NCBI GenBank assembly: GCA_947085285.1
Contig: CAMTVZ010000138.1
Span: 330-64,329, forward strand
Direction: 5' to 3'
Source: an uncultured Ignavibacteriota bacterium
GTDB taxonomy: Bacteria > Bacteroidota > Ignavibacteria > UBA10030 > BY39
DNA: 64,000 nt
In this document: piece after piece, positions 28,985 to 38,608 of the stretch
Position numbering within the stretch: position 1 is the first letter of the stretch
Layout of the letters: the number at the start of each line of letters is the position of its first letter
Notes under the pieces: model-generated
What the model saw: the letters and a program-made list of their open reading frames with translations, nothing else
Told to the model about the DNA's origin: nothing
Database searches by the model: none
Made by a program: the position numbers and the translations under genes

Positions 28985-31760
28985 TTGTGTGTGGGAGGGT
29001 TATTCGGAATTTTGTCCCTTTATTTACTTCACTTTCAACAGTGAGTGTGCCTTTATGTTTTTGTATAATTGTCTTTGATATCCATAACCCGAGCCCTGTA
29101 CCTTTGCCAACAGCTTTAGTAGTAAAAAATGGATCGAAAATTTTATTCAAATGTTCGATAGCAATCCCACTTCCGTTATCGGAAATTTCAATAATAGCGT
29201 TCTTATCTTCAGCAAAAGTTTTGATTTTAATAAATCCTTTTTCGGGTATAGCTTGAGCAGCATTCACTAATAAATTAGTAAAGACTTGCTTAAGTTCGCC
29301 CGGATTGCACTTTATGAGAGGAAGAGAACTATATTCTTTTTTGATGTCAGCTTTATATTTTATTTCATTCCATACTAATGTTAAAGTATCCTCAATAGCA
29401 TCATGAATATTACTATCAATAAATTTATCGTCACCTTTATGCGAAAACACCCGTAGCTTATCGACTATAGTCTTAATTCTTTGTGTTCCTTCTCTTGTCT
29501 CTGCAATAAGTTTATTAAAATCTTGCACAATAAAAGTAATATCAACTCGGCGTTCCAAGTCTCGTAGATCTTGCAAGAGTGCCTGTACTTCTGGTCCCTC
29601 ATTCACAAACATACCAAGAATTTGCCATTTCCTTAAAACATTCGTCAGATCTTCGATATATTCCCCAAAACGATTCAGATTGCTCGAAACAAATGCGAGG
29701 GGGTTGTTAATCTCGTGAGCAATTCCGGCTGTTAACTGTCCGATTGACGCCATTTTTTCTGATTGTATTAGGTGTTCCTGCATCTCTTTAATATTCTCGA
29801 TCATACTTTCTAATTCTTGGTTTCGCTTTAGTAGTTCCAATTCGAGAGCTTTTCGTTTCGAGATATCTCGAACAACTGCCTGGATTATTTTTTTCCCATC
29901 TAATTCCATCGCAGTTAGGAGGACTTCTGAAGGGAAATCGGTTCCATCTTTACGCCGATGTACCCATTCAAAACAGTTATTTCCTTTTTCGAGAGCGTAA
30001 TTAATTTGCTGATTTGCAAGTTGTTTTGAGTCGATATTTCCAAATTGCATCGGAGGCGAAACTTCTGCAAGATTTTGTTTACAAAATTCTTCTTTCGAGG
30101 TATAACCAAACATAGTCAGAGTTGCGTTGTTGCAATCAAAAAAACCATTTTCATCCAGAAGCATTACTGCGTTGCCGGTCGATTCATAAAGAGTACGGAA
30201 TTTTATTTCAGAATTTCTTATTGCTTCTTCTGCCATCATCTGCTCAGTTATATTTTCTATTATTCCCTCAAAAAATAATATTTCACCCGTGTCGTTCAGC
30301 TGAACCCGTTCATTCAAATTAACATATATAACGCTCCCATCTTTTTTCTTTAATTTGATTTTAAGATTCTCAGTTTTTTTTCTTTCTTTAGTTCTTTCAA
30401 GTACACTCTTCCGATCGGCTGGGTCGTAATATAGTTGCGTTGGAATATCAATACTCATTAAATCTTCTGCCGATTTATATCCTAACATTTTAACAAGTGC
30501 CCGATTTACTTTTATAAACTTACCATCTTGACTCGTTCGGAATATCCCATGGACAGCGTTTTCAAATATCGACCTGTAATCTTCTTCCGATTGTTTAAGT
30601 GCCTCTTCAATTTTCTTTCTTTCAGTAATATCTTCCCACAAACTCTCAAAAAACAGGATGTTGCCAGCCTCGTCTTCTACAATTCTTTTATCTAATTTCA
30701 CGTTTATAAGACTGCCATCTTTTTTTTTCAACACTAGTTCATAATTTTTTATACTTTTCTTCTCTATTAATTGGGAATGTAGATTAGCTTGGTCTGATGG
30801 ATTTAAATATATTTGAGTAGTAATATCGAGACTCATCAACTCTTCTTCCGACTCATATCCTAACATTTTAACCAAGGCTGGATTTACTTTGATGAACTTA
30901 CCATCTGCACTTGTTCGAGCAATTCCTTGAATAGCATTTTCAAAAATTGTTCTATAATCTCGTTCCGATTGTTTTAACTCCTCTTCGATTTTTTTTCGAG
31001 CTGTAATATCTTGCATAATACAAACAAAACCTACAAATTCTTTTTTTGAGTTACGTCTTGAAGAAATCGAGGTTTCGAAAAAACGAGTTCCATTCAACGA
31101 TTTTAGATTCCATTCGAACATTACATTCGGTTCGATCTTAGCCCGTTCCGAGGCAATCTCGAAAAGGTCGCCATTCTTTTCGCCTAATACTTCATATACA
31201 GTTTTGTTTTTATAACGGTTAAAATCTATTCCGTATATGTGTGTCATTTGTCCGTATGCTTCTTTAAAACGTAAATCTTCGTCAAGTGTAAAAACTATGC
31301 CGCTGATGGAGTCGAGGATGGTTCGCATTAATTCCTCGTTTTCGCGCAAAGTAATTTCAGCTTTTTCCTTTTGATCGATGAAGTTTTTATTTGAGATGGC
31401 TTGTTCGATAGCAGGAATGAAACGAGTAAAATTAGTTTTCATGATGTAATCGGTGGCACCGGCTTTGATCAATCCAACTGCCAGTTCTTCGTCCAAAGCC
31501 CCGGTAACAAAGATAAACGGAACAGAAGGGGCGTGCTGTTTAGCAAGTTGAAGTGCGAGCATCCCATCGAAATCGGGAATCGAATAATCCGAAAGAATAA
31601 CATCGGGTTTAAAATTTTCGAGTGCATCTAAAAAACTGTCACGCGTAGAAACTAACTTAGAAGTAAATTGCAAATGGTTAGTTTCGAAAAATTCATTATA
31701 AAGATTGAAGAATTCTTCATCATCTTCTATAATTAAAATGTGTATTTTTTCTTTCGACAC
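28971..31760 (-). CDS. Hybrid sensor kinase: N-terminal receiver, three or four PAS domains, HisKA, HATPase_c. It appears to start at a GTG codon.
   Basis: The REC domain reads ILIIEDDEE...LSDYSIPDFDG. PAS blocks repeat as QDITARKKIEE and EDITERKKIEE. The H-box reads AHEINNPLAF. The G-box reads GTGLGLWISKTI. Confidence 0.85.
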   Translation of the reverse strand: MSKEKIHILIIEDDEEFFNLYNEFFETNHLQFTSKLVSTRDSFLDALENFKPDVILSDYSIPDFDGMLALQLAKQHAPSVPFIFVTGALDEELAVGLIKAGATDYIMKTNFTRFIPAIEQAISNKNFIDQKEKAEITLRENEELMRTILDSISGIVFTLDEDLRFKEAYGQMTHIYGIDFNRYKNKTVYEVLGEKNGDLFEIASERAKIEPNVMFEWNLKSLNGTRFFETSISSRRNSKKEFVGFVCIMQDITARKKIEEELKQSERDYRTIFENAIQGIARTSADGKFIKVNPALVKMLGYESEEELMSLDITTQIYLNPSDQANLHSQLIEKKSIKNYELVLKKKDGSLINVKLDKRIVEDEAGNILFFESLWEDITERKKIEEALKQSEEDYRSIFENAVHGIFRTSQDGKFIKVNRALVKMLGYKSAEDLMSIDIPTQLYYDPADRKSVLERTKERKKTENLKIKLKKKDGSVIYVNLNERVQLNDTGEILFFEGIIENITEQMMAEEAIRNSEIKFRTLYESTGNAVMLLDENGFFDCNNATLTMFGYTSKEEFCKQNLAEVSPPMQFGNIDSKQLANQQINYALEKGNNCFEWVHRRKDGTDFPSEVLLTAMELDGKKIIQAVVRDISKRKALELELLKRNQELESMIENIKEMQEHLIQSEKMASIGQLTAGIAHEINNPLAFVSSNLNRFGEYIEDLTNVLRKWQILGMFVNEGPEVQALLQDLRDLERRVDITFIVQDFNKLIAETREGTQRIKTIVDKLRVFSHKGDDKFIDSNIHDAIEDTLTLVWNEIKYKADIKKEYSSLPLIKCNPGELKQVFTNLLVNAAQAIPEKGFIKIKTFAEDKNAIIEISDNGSGIAIEHLNKIFDPFFTTKAVGKGTGLGLWISKTIIQKHKGTLTVESEVNKGTKFRITLPHTNGSL

Positions 31761-31814
31761 TTTGCGACTTTCATTATTATTCGTCTAATTAATTTTATTT
31801 TCGCCGATTGTTTA

Positions 31815-31846
31815 TTGCTGCGAATTCTTTTCAGAATCCGCAGCAA
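31815..31846 (-). other. Long perfect stem-loop immediately 3' of flgE.
   Basis: The sequence is ttgctgcgaattct-tttc-agaatccgcagcaa, about 13 bp with one mismatch. No adjacent U-tract is present. Confidence 0.5.
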
Positions 31847-31864
31847 CAAAACACATCAACAATT

Positions 31865-33130
31865 TTAACGTTTAATATTTACAACCTCAGTTAAAAATTC
31901 ATCACTCGTAGTAATAACTCGTGCGTTAGCCTGAAAACCTCGTTGAGCAGTAATCATCTTTGTAAATTCATCTGCTAAATCTACGTTCGATTGTTCGAGC
32001 CCGCCTGAGACTAAAATTGAATTTGAAGCGCCCCCTGGATTAAAAATTACCGGCATACCGGCATTACTTCCAATTTCGTACATATTATCCCCGATTCGGA
32101 GTAATCCTGATGGATTGTTGAATTCAGCCAGCATAATTTGACCTAAAGCTTGAACAGTGCCGTTTGAGAATGAGCCAAGAATTTTTCCGTTCTGATCAAT
32201 TGAAATATCGTTCAACGATCCTGCAGCATAACCATCCTGTTCCGTTGGCGACACGTTGGATAGTCCGTTGGTTTGAGTTATACCTGAAAAAATTCCTGGC
32301 GTACCAGCATTAAGAGAAATCGCTAAAGGTGAAGCACCGTTATTAGGATTAAGATTCAAGGCCGAAGCACCTCCAGCGTATGTAAATGTTTGTAAAGTTC
32401 CATCCGAATTGAAAGTAGCAACACCACTTCCGCCGGATGTAATAGTAACAGGAGCTTGGCTATTGGCAGTCCAGGTCCATTCGTTTGCGTTCACAGTCTT
32501 TGTGAAAGTTACTGTAACTGCATGTCTGTTTCCTAATGAATCGAAAACAGTTAACGAAGTGTTAACCGAAGTGCCGGTTTGGGCTGCCGAATCTAGGTTT
32601 CCAGATAGTTTGATATTGCTCGTAGCGCGGGCTGGGGACTTGGTATCGAAAGCAATCACTAAGTTTTCCAACCTGTTGCCGGTGGGAATGTTACCTGTTG
32701 CATCGGCTAACTTACCTTGAAGTATAGCACCTGTGCCGGGAGATACTATTCTACCCATTGCATCAATTTTGAAACCGCCGTCGCGGGTATAATAATTTTT
32801 TCCGTTTTTATTAACTACAAAAAAACCGGTCCCTTGAATTGCAAGGTCGGTTGCCTGATCGGTCGATTCGATATTGCCTTGATGGAAGAGGGTATCGACA
32901 CGAAGGGTAGCCATGCCTAAACCGACTTGAATTGGGTTCGAGCCACCGTTTTCGTTAGTAGGGAGCGAGCCAGCCCTTAAAGTTTGTGCAAACATTTCGC
33001 CGAAGGTTGCCCTCCCCGCTTTAAAACCGATTGTATTAATATTCGCAATATTATTACCTATAACATCCATCATTAATTGATGATTACGAAGTCCTGAGAC
33101 TCCAGCTGATAGTGATCTTAAAAATGCCAT
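31865..33130 (-). CDS. flgE: Flagellar hook protein FlgE.
   Basis: The N-terminus reads MAFLRSLSAGVSGLRNHQLMMDVIGNNIANINTIGFK. The C-terminus reads TKMITAQRGFQANARVI. Confidence 0.9.
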   Translation of the reverse strand: MAFLRSLSAGVSGLRNHQLMMDVIGNNIANINTIGFKAGRATFGEMFAQTLRAGSLPTNENGGSNPIQVGLGMATLRVDTLFHQGNIESTDQATDLAIQGTGFFVVNKNGKNYYTRDGGFKIDAMGRIVSPGTGAILQGKLADATGNIPTGNRLENLVIAFDTKSPARATSNIKLSGNLDSAAQTGTSVNTSLTVFDSLGNRHAVTVTFTKTVNANEWTWTANSQAPVTITSGGSGVATFNSDGTLQTFTYAGGASALNLNPNNGASPLAISLNAGTPGIFSGITQTNGLSNVSPTEQDGYAAGSLNDISIDQNGKILGSFSNGTVQALGQIMLAEFNNPSGLLRIGDNMYEIGSNAGMPVIFNPGGASNSILVSGGLEQSNVDLADEFTKMITAQRGFQANARVITTSDEFLTEVVNIKR

Positions 33131-33245
33131 AATTATGGTTCCTTTATTTTTTTATTGTTGATTAATTACCAAGCTTCTGTCGTTCGGCTCGGTAAGGGCT
33201 TCCATAAATGGACCAGCCCAATTGTTGTTTAGTTAATTATAAAAT

Positions 33246-33635
33246 TCATGATGCAATTACTGCACTGTCGATATTCGTGAATACATTTTGTTTCAACGAC
33301 TCGTTATCTATTGTCGTTATTATTGTTCTGTTTTTTACACTTACTATAAATGCCATATCGCGCAGTATCACCAGCGATTCTTGCGCACCTTTTAATTCAG
33401 CTTTATCGACTGCGGCTTCTAATTTTAAAAAATCGATGCTGCTTAATTCTATTTGTCTCGACTCGAGCCGTTCTTTGGCGTGCTTCGAAAACTTTAACTT
33501 GTTAAGCTCTTTCTGAAATATGTTTTCGAATGACCGCTCATTCGGTATTTCGATGGTTTTGTTGTTAGGTAAACCATTTACTCCGCCTATCGGAACAAAC
33601 GGAACATTCACACCATTTATTGTTGTATCCGTCAT
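33246..33635 (-). CDS. Small flagellar-operon protein between flgD and flgE, probably the family I recall as TIGR02530.
   Basis: A 129 aa protein with the motif FSKHAKERLESRQI. Its position matches the flgD-orf-flgE arrangement I recall from Clostridia and Spirochaetes. Confidence 0.45.
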   Translation of the reverse strand: MTDTTINGVNVPFVPIGGVNGLPNNKTIEIPNERSFENIFQKELNKLKFSKHAKERLESRQIELSSIDFLKLEAAVDKAELKGAQESLVILRDMAFIVSVKNRTIITTIDNESLKQNVFTNIDSAVIAS

Positions 33636-33639
33636 AATT

Positions 33640-34311
33640 TTATCCTTGCATAATTTCTAATATTGAAGATAATCGTACTTCGATTCCATTCACCAAAAAC
33701 ACAGCACCTTCAGCTTTATATCGTACCGATGTTACAGTACCAAAAATGTATGGCGATGCATTAATTTTTTTTCCGTTTATGTCTTTACTTTCCACTTCGA
33801 ATCTGTACCTACCATTCGCAGCATTCTCGCCTTGTTCGTTCTTTCCGTTCCAAACAATCTGGTTATCGCCTTTCGCAACAGGTCCGCTGATTGTTCTCAC
33901 AAGGTTCCCTTTTTCATCAAATATCTTGATGGTTGACGAAGCTGCGGCTTCAGGAAGCGAAAATCCAAGCTTAACTTCGTTTCCTGTGAAGTTTATTTCG
34001 TTCACACTCGAACGAACCTGCTTGCCCACAAACGCAGCTGCGAGTGCATTATTTATAGATTGAGCAATAACCGCGTTAGTATCCAAGCTTTGCATTAAAC
34101 TCGATTTAATATTGTGCAATTGCTCAACCGAACTAAACTGGGCTAACTGGGCTGCGAACTCGGTTCCTTTCATCGGATTCATAGGGTCCTGATGCCTTAG
34201 CTGCATTATGAGCATTTTGAGAAAATCATCTTTTCCCAAAGTAGTTGTACGATTTGTTGCTTGAGTGTTTTTAGTAAAATTTGTTGTCGTATTTGTTATT
34301 GCATTTGACAT
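33640..34311 (-). CDS. flgD: Hook capping protein FlgD.
   Basis: LGKDDFLKMLIMQLRHQDPMNPM matches the FlgD family. Confidence 0.85.
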   Translation of the reverse strand: MSNAITNTTTNFTKNTQATNRTTTLGKDDFLKMLIMQLRHQDPMNPMKGTEFAAQLAQFSSVEQLHNIKSSLMQSLDTNAVIAQSINNALAAAFVGKQVRSSVNEINFTGNEVKLGFSLPEAAASSTIKIFDEKGNLVRTISGPVAKGDNQIVWNGKNEQGENAANGRYRFEVESKDINGKKINASPYIFGTVTSVRYKAEGAVFLVNGIEVRLSSILEIMQG

Positions 34312-34324
34312 TGATTCTCCTTCA

Positions 34325-35578
34325 CTAAATTAAATATTCGATAGTGTTGTAGCCCAGCATCTTAATTGATTCCTCTGCTTCCTCAACTAGTTCATTATAT
34401 GCTGCCGCATTATTTGGGTTATCGTTTTGCTTTTTATGATTATTAAATGATGCTGAATTACCACTCGTAAATATATCGATTTGTTGAACATCAATTCCGC
34501 GAGCTAACAGTGAATCGCGTAACTGCGGCATGTGCGATTCAATAATTGTTTTTACGGCTGTATGAGGTACTTCAATCTTTACGGTTGCCTTACTCTCTTC
34601 CATTCTGACTTTTAAATTAAGCTCTCCCAAGTTTTCGGGATGGAGTTTCATTTTCATTTCCGATATTTCGTTTTTTAAATTAAGCACAATAGTTTTAATT
34701 ATGTTATCAGCGTCGCTTTGTGTAATTGCTGATACAGGAACTTGGAGAACACTATCCGGATGTTTTGTTCCAACTGGTTGATTGTCGAATAAAGATTGAA
34801 AATTTCCCAAATTGAATAAATTCGTTTTCGGTGTAACCGTCGTTGTTGCTATGCCTTCGCTTTGCGAAATCACAGTTTTATCTCGTGCTACTTCGTTATT
34901 TATCGATTTATCTTTAATCTCTGTTTTTGCTGTAACTGGTTCTTGTTGTTGCTTCTCGATTTTTTTTATTTGCGATAAAGGGATATTAGCATCATCGAAA
35001 GACGTTTCTGCTTGAATTTCAGATTTAGATTTTTCAATTTGAATTACCGGTTTTATAGCTGTTGCAACCATTTGTGTAGTCGTTAATAATTCAGGAGAGT
35101 TGAGTCCTTTTAATGCTTGTGTAATATTCTGTTGATAAACAGATGCACTAAACTTTGAGATCAGCTCCGTTTCGATACCAATGTTTTCGTTGTGCATTTT
35201 TAGATTTTCGATTACACCGATTTCTACAGTAGATTGTTTGTTAGTGTTCAATATATTTTTTTCGGTTGGTAAGTTTTTTTCGTTCGTCATAATCGTTTGT
35301 TTATCGGGGAGATCAACCCATAATGTTGAGGGAACAATTTTGTTCCCCTGGTCGGCTTTCAGGCTCGAAATATTTTCATTCGTCGCTGTTAATTGTTGAG
35401 TGTTTAATTCATTCAATACAGTTGGTGTAACGAGTTTGCGTGTTTGGTCGGTAACCCCAGCCGACAACTCCATTAACAATGCCGAGAAAGTGGGGTTTGA
35501 TTCTGTAATATTTACGGGCGGCTCAATTTCTAATATCTCAGCATTAGGTTTGATAATATTGATAGTTGGCATATTCAT
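34325..35578 (-). CDS. fliK: Hook-length control protein FliK.
   Basis: The C-terminal Flg_hook domain reads LHPENLGELNLKVRMEESKATVKIEV. The N-terminus is long and low-complexity. Confidence 0.75.
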   Translation of the reverse strand: MNMPTINIIKPNAEILEIEPPVNITESNPTFSALLMELSAGVTDQTRKLVTPTVLNELNTQQLTATNENISSLKADQGNKIVPSTLWVDLPDKQTIMTNEKNLPTEKNILNTNKQSTVEIGVIENLKMHNENIGIETELISKFSASVYQQNITQALKGLNSPELLTTTQMVATAIKPVIQIEKSKSEIQAETSFDDANIPLSQIKKIEKQQQEPVTAKTEIKDKSINNEVARDKTVISQSEGIATTTVTPKTNLFNLGNFQSLFDNQPVGTKHPDSVLQVPVSAITQSDADNIIKTIVLNLKNEISEMKMKLHPENLGELNLKVRMEESKATVKIEVPHTAVKTIIESHMPQLRDSLLARGIDVQQIDIFTSGNSASFNNHKKQNDNPNNAAAYNELVEEAEESIKMLGYNTIEYLI

Positions 35579-36114
35579 TTCATTAATTCGATTGCTTTTT
35601 CAGGTTCAAGCAAGCTTAATATCTTTGCAGCTTGCCGTTTTTTCATGTTTTTTAGAATTATTTTAGCCTCCTCGATTTCCATTTGTTGTATAATACGCGA
35701 AGCATTATCAGCACTCATCGCTTCCAATAGCTTTACCGTTGCTATGTTATTTGCATTTTTAGTGCTGTCGGATATTTTCGCAATATCAGCAGACTGGCGA
35801 ATTAATTCATCAAATTTTTTCTGTTGATTTTCCAGTTCCAATTTTAACAAATGTTTGCTATCGACTTTTTGCATAATAGGGGATGTGTCGGGTTTAGTTT
35901 GTTGGGCTAATGAATCGGCATTTTGTGCAATGAGACTATCGGTTTGAACTTTTTGAACTGTCGACACTGTATCGGTAACACTAATATTATTAGTACTTGT
36001 GAATAATTCCGGCTTCACAGCAACTAATAAAAGTGCAATCTGTAGAATAAAAAAGAGAGATAAAAATGATACCAAAATGTAAATTCCTATACTTTTCATA
36101 ATTTTAGAATACAA
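35575..36114 (-). CDS. Flagellar protein with a C-terminal MgtE-N-like domain (YlxF/FlbB-like).
   Basis: The C-terminus reads AKIILKNMKKRQAAKILSLLEPEKAIELMK. Its position between fliJ and fliK matches ylxF in B. subtilis. Confidence 0.5.
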   Translation of the reverse strand: MYSKIMKSIGIYILVSFLSLFFILQIALLLVAVKPELFTSTNNISVTDTVSTVQKVQTDSLIAQNADSLAQQTKPDTSPIMQKVDSKHLLKLELENQQKKFDELIRQSADIAKISDSTKNANNIATVKLLEAMSADNASRIIQQMEIEEAKIILKNMKKRQAAKILSLLEPEKAIELMK

Positions 36115-36547
36115 TCTTTATTCGTTGAGCCAATACATCAATTTGGTTCTGTAAAATTTTTTCATTTTCGTTAGCAATTTCTTCAGAATGTTTTTCATTT
36201 AATTTTTCAATTATCTTTTTAGATTTTGTTTTTTCTGTCAGCTCTACTCGTTTATCATCTTCTTGGTCTATGATATTTTCTATAACTTCTTCTTGTTCTT
36301 GTATCTGATGAGAAAGCGACCTTAAATATGCTTGATGGTATTGTAAATCGCGAGCGTTCGCAGAGATAGTTTGACGAGTTTCTGCAATAGCGGCATCGTT
36401 TACTTTTATTAGATTGTTTAAGTTTTCAGTTTCCACTTCCCGTTTATTCTGAATTGCTACAAGTTCACGATGCGCCTTTTCTTCGAGATACTTTTTTATT
36501 TTAGATACACATTTTAATTGAGCTTGGTTTTTTGTCATCTTTAACAA
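36104..36547 (-). CDS. fliJ: Export chaperone FliJ.
   Basis: A 147 aa coiled-coil protein immediately after fliI. Confidence 0.65.
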   Translation of the reverse strand: MLKMTKNQAQLKCVSKIKKYLEEKAHRELVAIQNKREVETENLNNLIKVNDAAIAETRQTISANARDLQYHQAYLRSLSHQIQEQEEVIENIIDQEDDKRVELTEKTKSKKIIEKLNEKHSEEIANENEKILQNQIDVLAQRIKIVF

Positions 36548-36552
36548 TCCAT

Positions 36553-37911
36553 TTATAATAATTTTAAGATACGATTTATACTTTCGTTGTAGTCGGCATA
36601 TTCTTCAGAGCTTTGTTGAAGAAATGCTTTTATCTTCGGCATATTAAGAAGAGCTTCATCAATTTTCGGGTTGCTGCCTTTAACATAGGCACCAATATTT
36701 ATCAAGTCTTCGGCTTCACGATAAGCAGCCATTAATTCAAAAACCCTCTGTACAGCTTGCCTGTGTTCGACTGAAGTAATAGAAGGCATAACACGACTAA
36801 TGCTTTCGAGAACATCGATAGCAGGATAGTGACCGGCAGAAGCCAATCGACGGGATAAAACAATATGCCCGTCGAGAATTGAGCGCACTGTATCTGCAAT
36901 CGGGTCGCGCATATCATCTCCTTCAACTAAAACAGTGTACATCCCTGTGATACTTCCCTTTTTAGCATTACCTGCCCGTTCGAGTAATTTGGGGAGTAGA
37001 GCAAACACCGATGGGGTATATCCTTTTGTTGTAGGGGGTTCGCCAATTGCAAGTCCAACTTCGCGTTGCGCCATAGCTAAGCGGGTAACCGAATCCATCA
37101 TCAGCATAACATCCGATCCTTTATCTCTAAAATATTCGGCAATAGCGGTAGCCATAAATCCAGCTTTTATACGCAGAAGTGCGGCTTGGTCGCTTGTAGC
37201 AACTACCACTACCGAACGTTGTAAACCTTCCTTTCCAAGTTCGCGTTCTAAAAATTCCCCCACCTCGCGTCCTCTTTCGCCAACAAGGGCTATAACATTT
37301 ACATCTGCTTGGGTATTGCGAGCAATCATACCGAGAGTTACACTTTTTCCAACTCCGCTCCCAGCAAAAATACCGATTCGCTGCCCCTTACCGCAAGTCA
37401 ACATTGCATCAATTGATCTGATACCAGTAGCTATCGAGCTTGTTATTCGCTGGCGATCGAGAGGGTTGGGAGGAAGAGAATAAACAGACCTGATTTCGTC
37501 TGCATCGATTGGACCTTTTCCGTCGATCGGATGCCCCAATCCGTCAATCACTCTTCCGAGTAATGCATCGCCGACCGGAACCGAAAGAGGATGCCCAGTA
37601 GCAACAATCTCGCTTCCGGGGCTTACTTTTCCGACTTCCCCTAAAGCCATTGAAAGAACGCGGTTATCCCGAAATCCCACCACTTCGGAACGACAAACAA
37701 CTTCCCCCTCTTTTGATTTGATTTCGCAGACTTCGCCAAGAGATGAATTTGGGCCAACAGACTCGATTACCAAACCAATAACTTGAGTTACTCTGCCATT
37801 TACCTTGAGTAAATCGATCCTTCCGAGCTGAGAAAGACTGGCATCCAGAAAATCATACTGACCGATATCGGTAATAGCAATTTGGTCGTCGTTTATTTCG
37901 TATGCAAACAT
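36553..37911 (-). CDS. fliI: Flagellum-specific ATPase FliI.
   Basis: Walker A reads GIFAGSGVGKSVTLGMIARN. Walker B reads VMLMMDSVTRLAMAQRE. Confidence 0.95.
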   Translation of the reverse strand: MFAYEINDDQIAITDIGQYDFLDASLSQLGRIDLLKVNGRVTQVIGLVIESVGPNSSLGEVCEIKSKEGEVVCRSEVVGFRDNRVLSMALGEVGKVSPGSEIVATGHPLSVPVGDALLGRVIDGLGHPIDGKGPIDADEIRSVYSLPPNPLDRQRITSSIATGIRSIDAMLTCGKGQRIGIFAGSGVGKSVTLGMIARNTQADVNVIALVGERGREVGEFLERELGKEGLQRSVVVVATSDQAALLRIKAGFMATAIAEYFRDKGSDVMLMMDSVTRLAMAQREVGLAIGEPPTTKGYTPSVFALLPKLLERAGNAKKGSITGMYTVLVEGDDMRDPIADTVRSILDGHIVLSRRLASAGHYPAIDVLESISRVMPSITSVEHRQAVQRVFELMAAYREAEDLINIGAYVKGSNPKIDEALLNMPKIKAFLQQSSEEYADYNESINRILKLL

Positions 37912-37915
37912 AAAT

Positions 37916-38608
37916 CTATTGTAATGAGATATTGTTTATCAATACATCTTCGAGTTTTGTCAGTTGCGATGTTATTCTCGCATCAACATTTCCTGATTCA
38001 CTTTCTATGATGCAACTTCCTCGTTCAATCTTTTCATCAGTTTCTATTGCAATCTCACGTATCGAATCGGAACTACCTTGGAGAATTGATTTTTGAGACC
38101 GCACAAGTTCGGCATCATCCGGATTAATTCGTATCTTTACTTGTTCAACTCCAACAATTCTGCTGAGTGCATCTTTAATTTGGCTCAACACAATTTCAGA
38201 CCCCAACATTATAGCTCGTTTAACAATTTTTTCTGCAACAGCGATTGCAAACTTTAATACAATGTATTCTGATTTTCTATGCAGATGCACAAATTGGTCG
38301 TGCATGCTTGAAATTAATTTCTGCATTCTGTTCTTTTCGTTTTCAAGTAATGCTTCGTATGTTTGGCGCATTACTTCTTCAGCTTTGATAATCCCTTCTT
38401 CGTAACCCCTCCGGTAATCTTCGTCTGCCCTTGCTGAGACTGGCTCTGACAATTCAGATTGGTTTTCATTCGAAACATTATCTTGTTCAACTTCAGTATT
38501 GTCCCACGGCACAAACTTGCCCTCATAATTTTCGACAAGTAAGATCTCGAGACCGTTAATGCTGTTTGACTTTAAAATATTAGACAAGAATTTCCTCCTT
38601 TCCGCCAC
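37916..38608 (-). CDS. fliH: FliH.
   Basis: A 230 aa acidic, coiled-coil protein between fliG and fliI. Confidence 0.7.
   Translation of the reverse strand: MAERRKFLSNILKSNSINGLEILLVENYEGKFVPWDNTEVEQDNVSNENQSELSEPVSARADEDYRRGYEEGIIKAEEVMRQTYEALLENEKNRMQKLISSMHDQFVHLHRKSEYIVLKFAIAVAEKIVKRAIMLGSEIVLSQIKDALSRIVGVEQVKIRINPDDAELVRSQKSILQGSSDSIREIAIETDEKIERGSCIIESESGNVDARITSQLTKLEDVLINNISLQ

Noticed and set aside
33131-33245. Possible sigma-54 or sigma-28 promoter upstream of flgE (TGGTCC-N5-TGGAA; GCCGAACG).
   Set aside because: The matches to either consensus are weak (about half the positions). flgE is better explained as part of the flgD-containing operon. It has a good RBS (AAAGGAAC).
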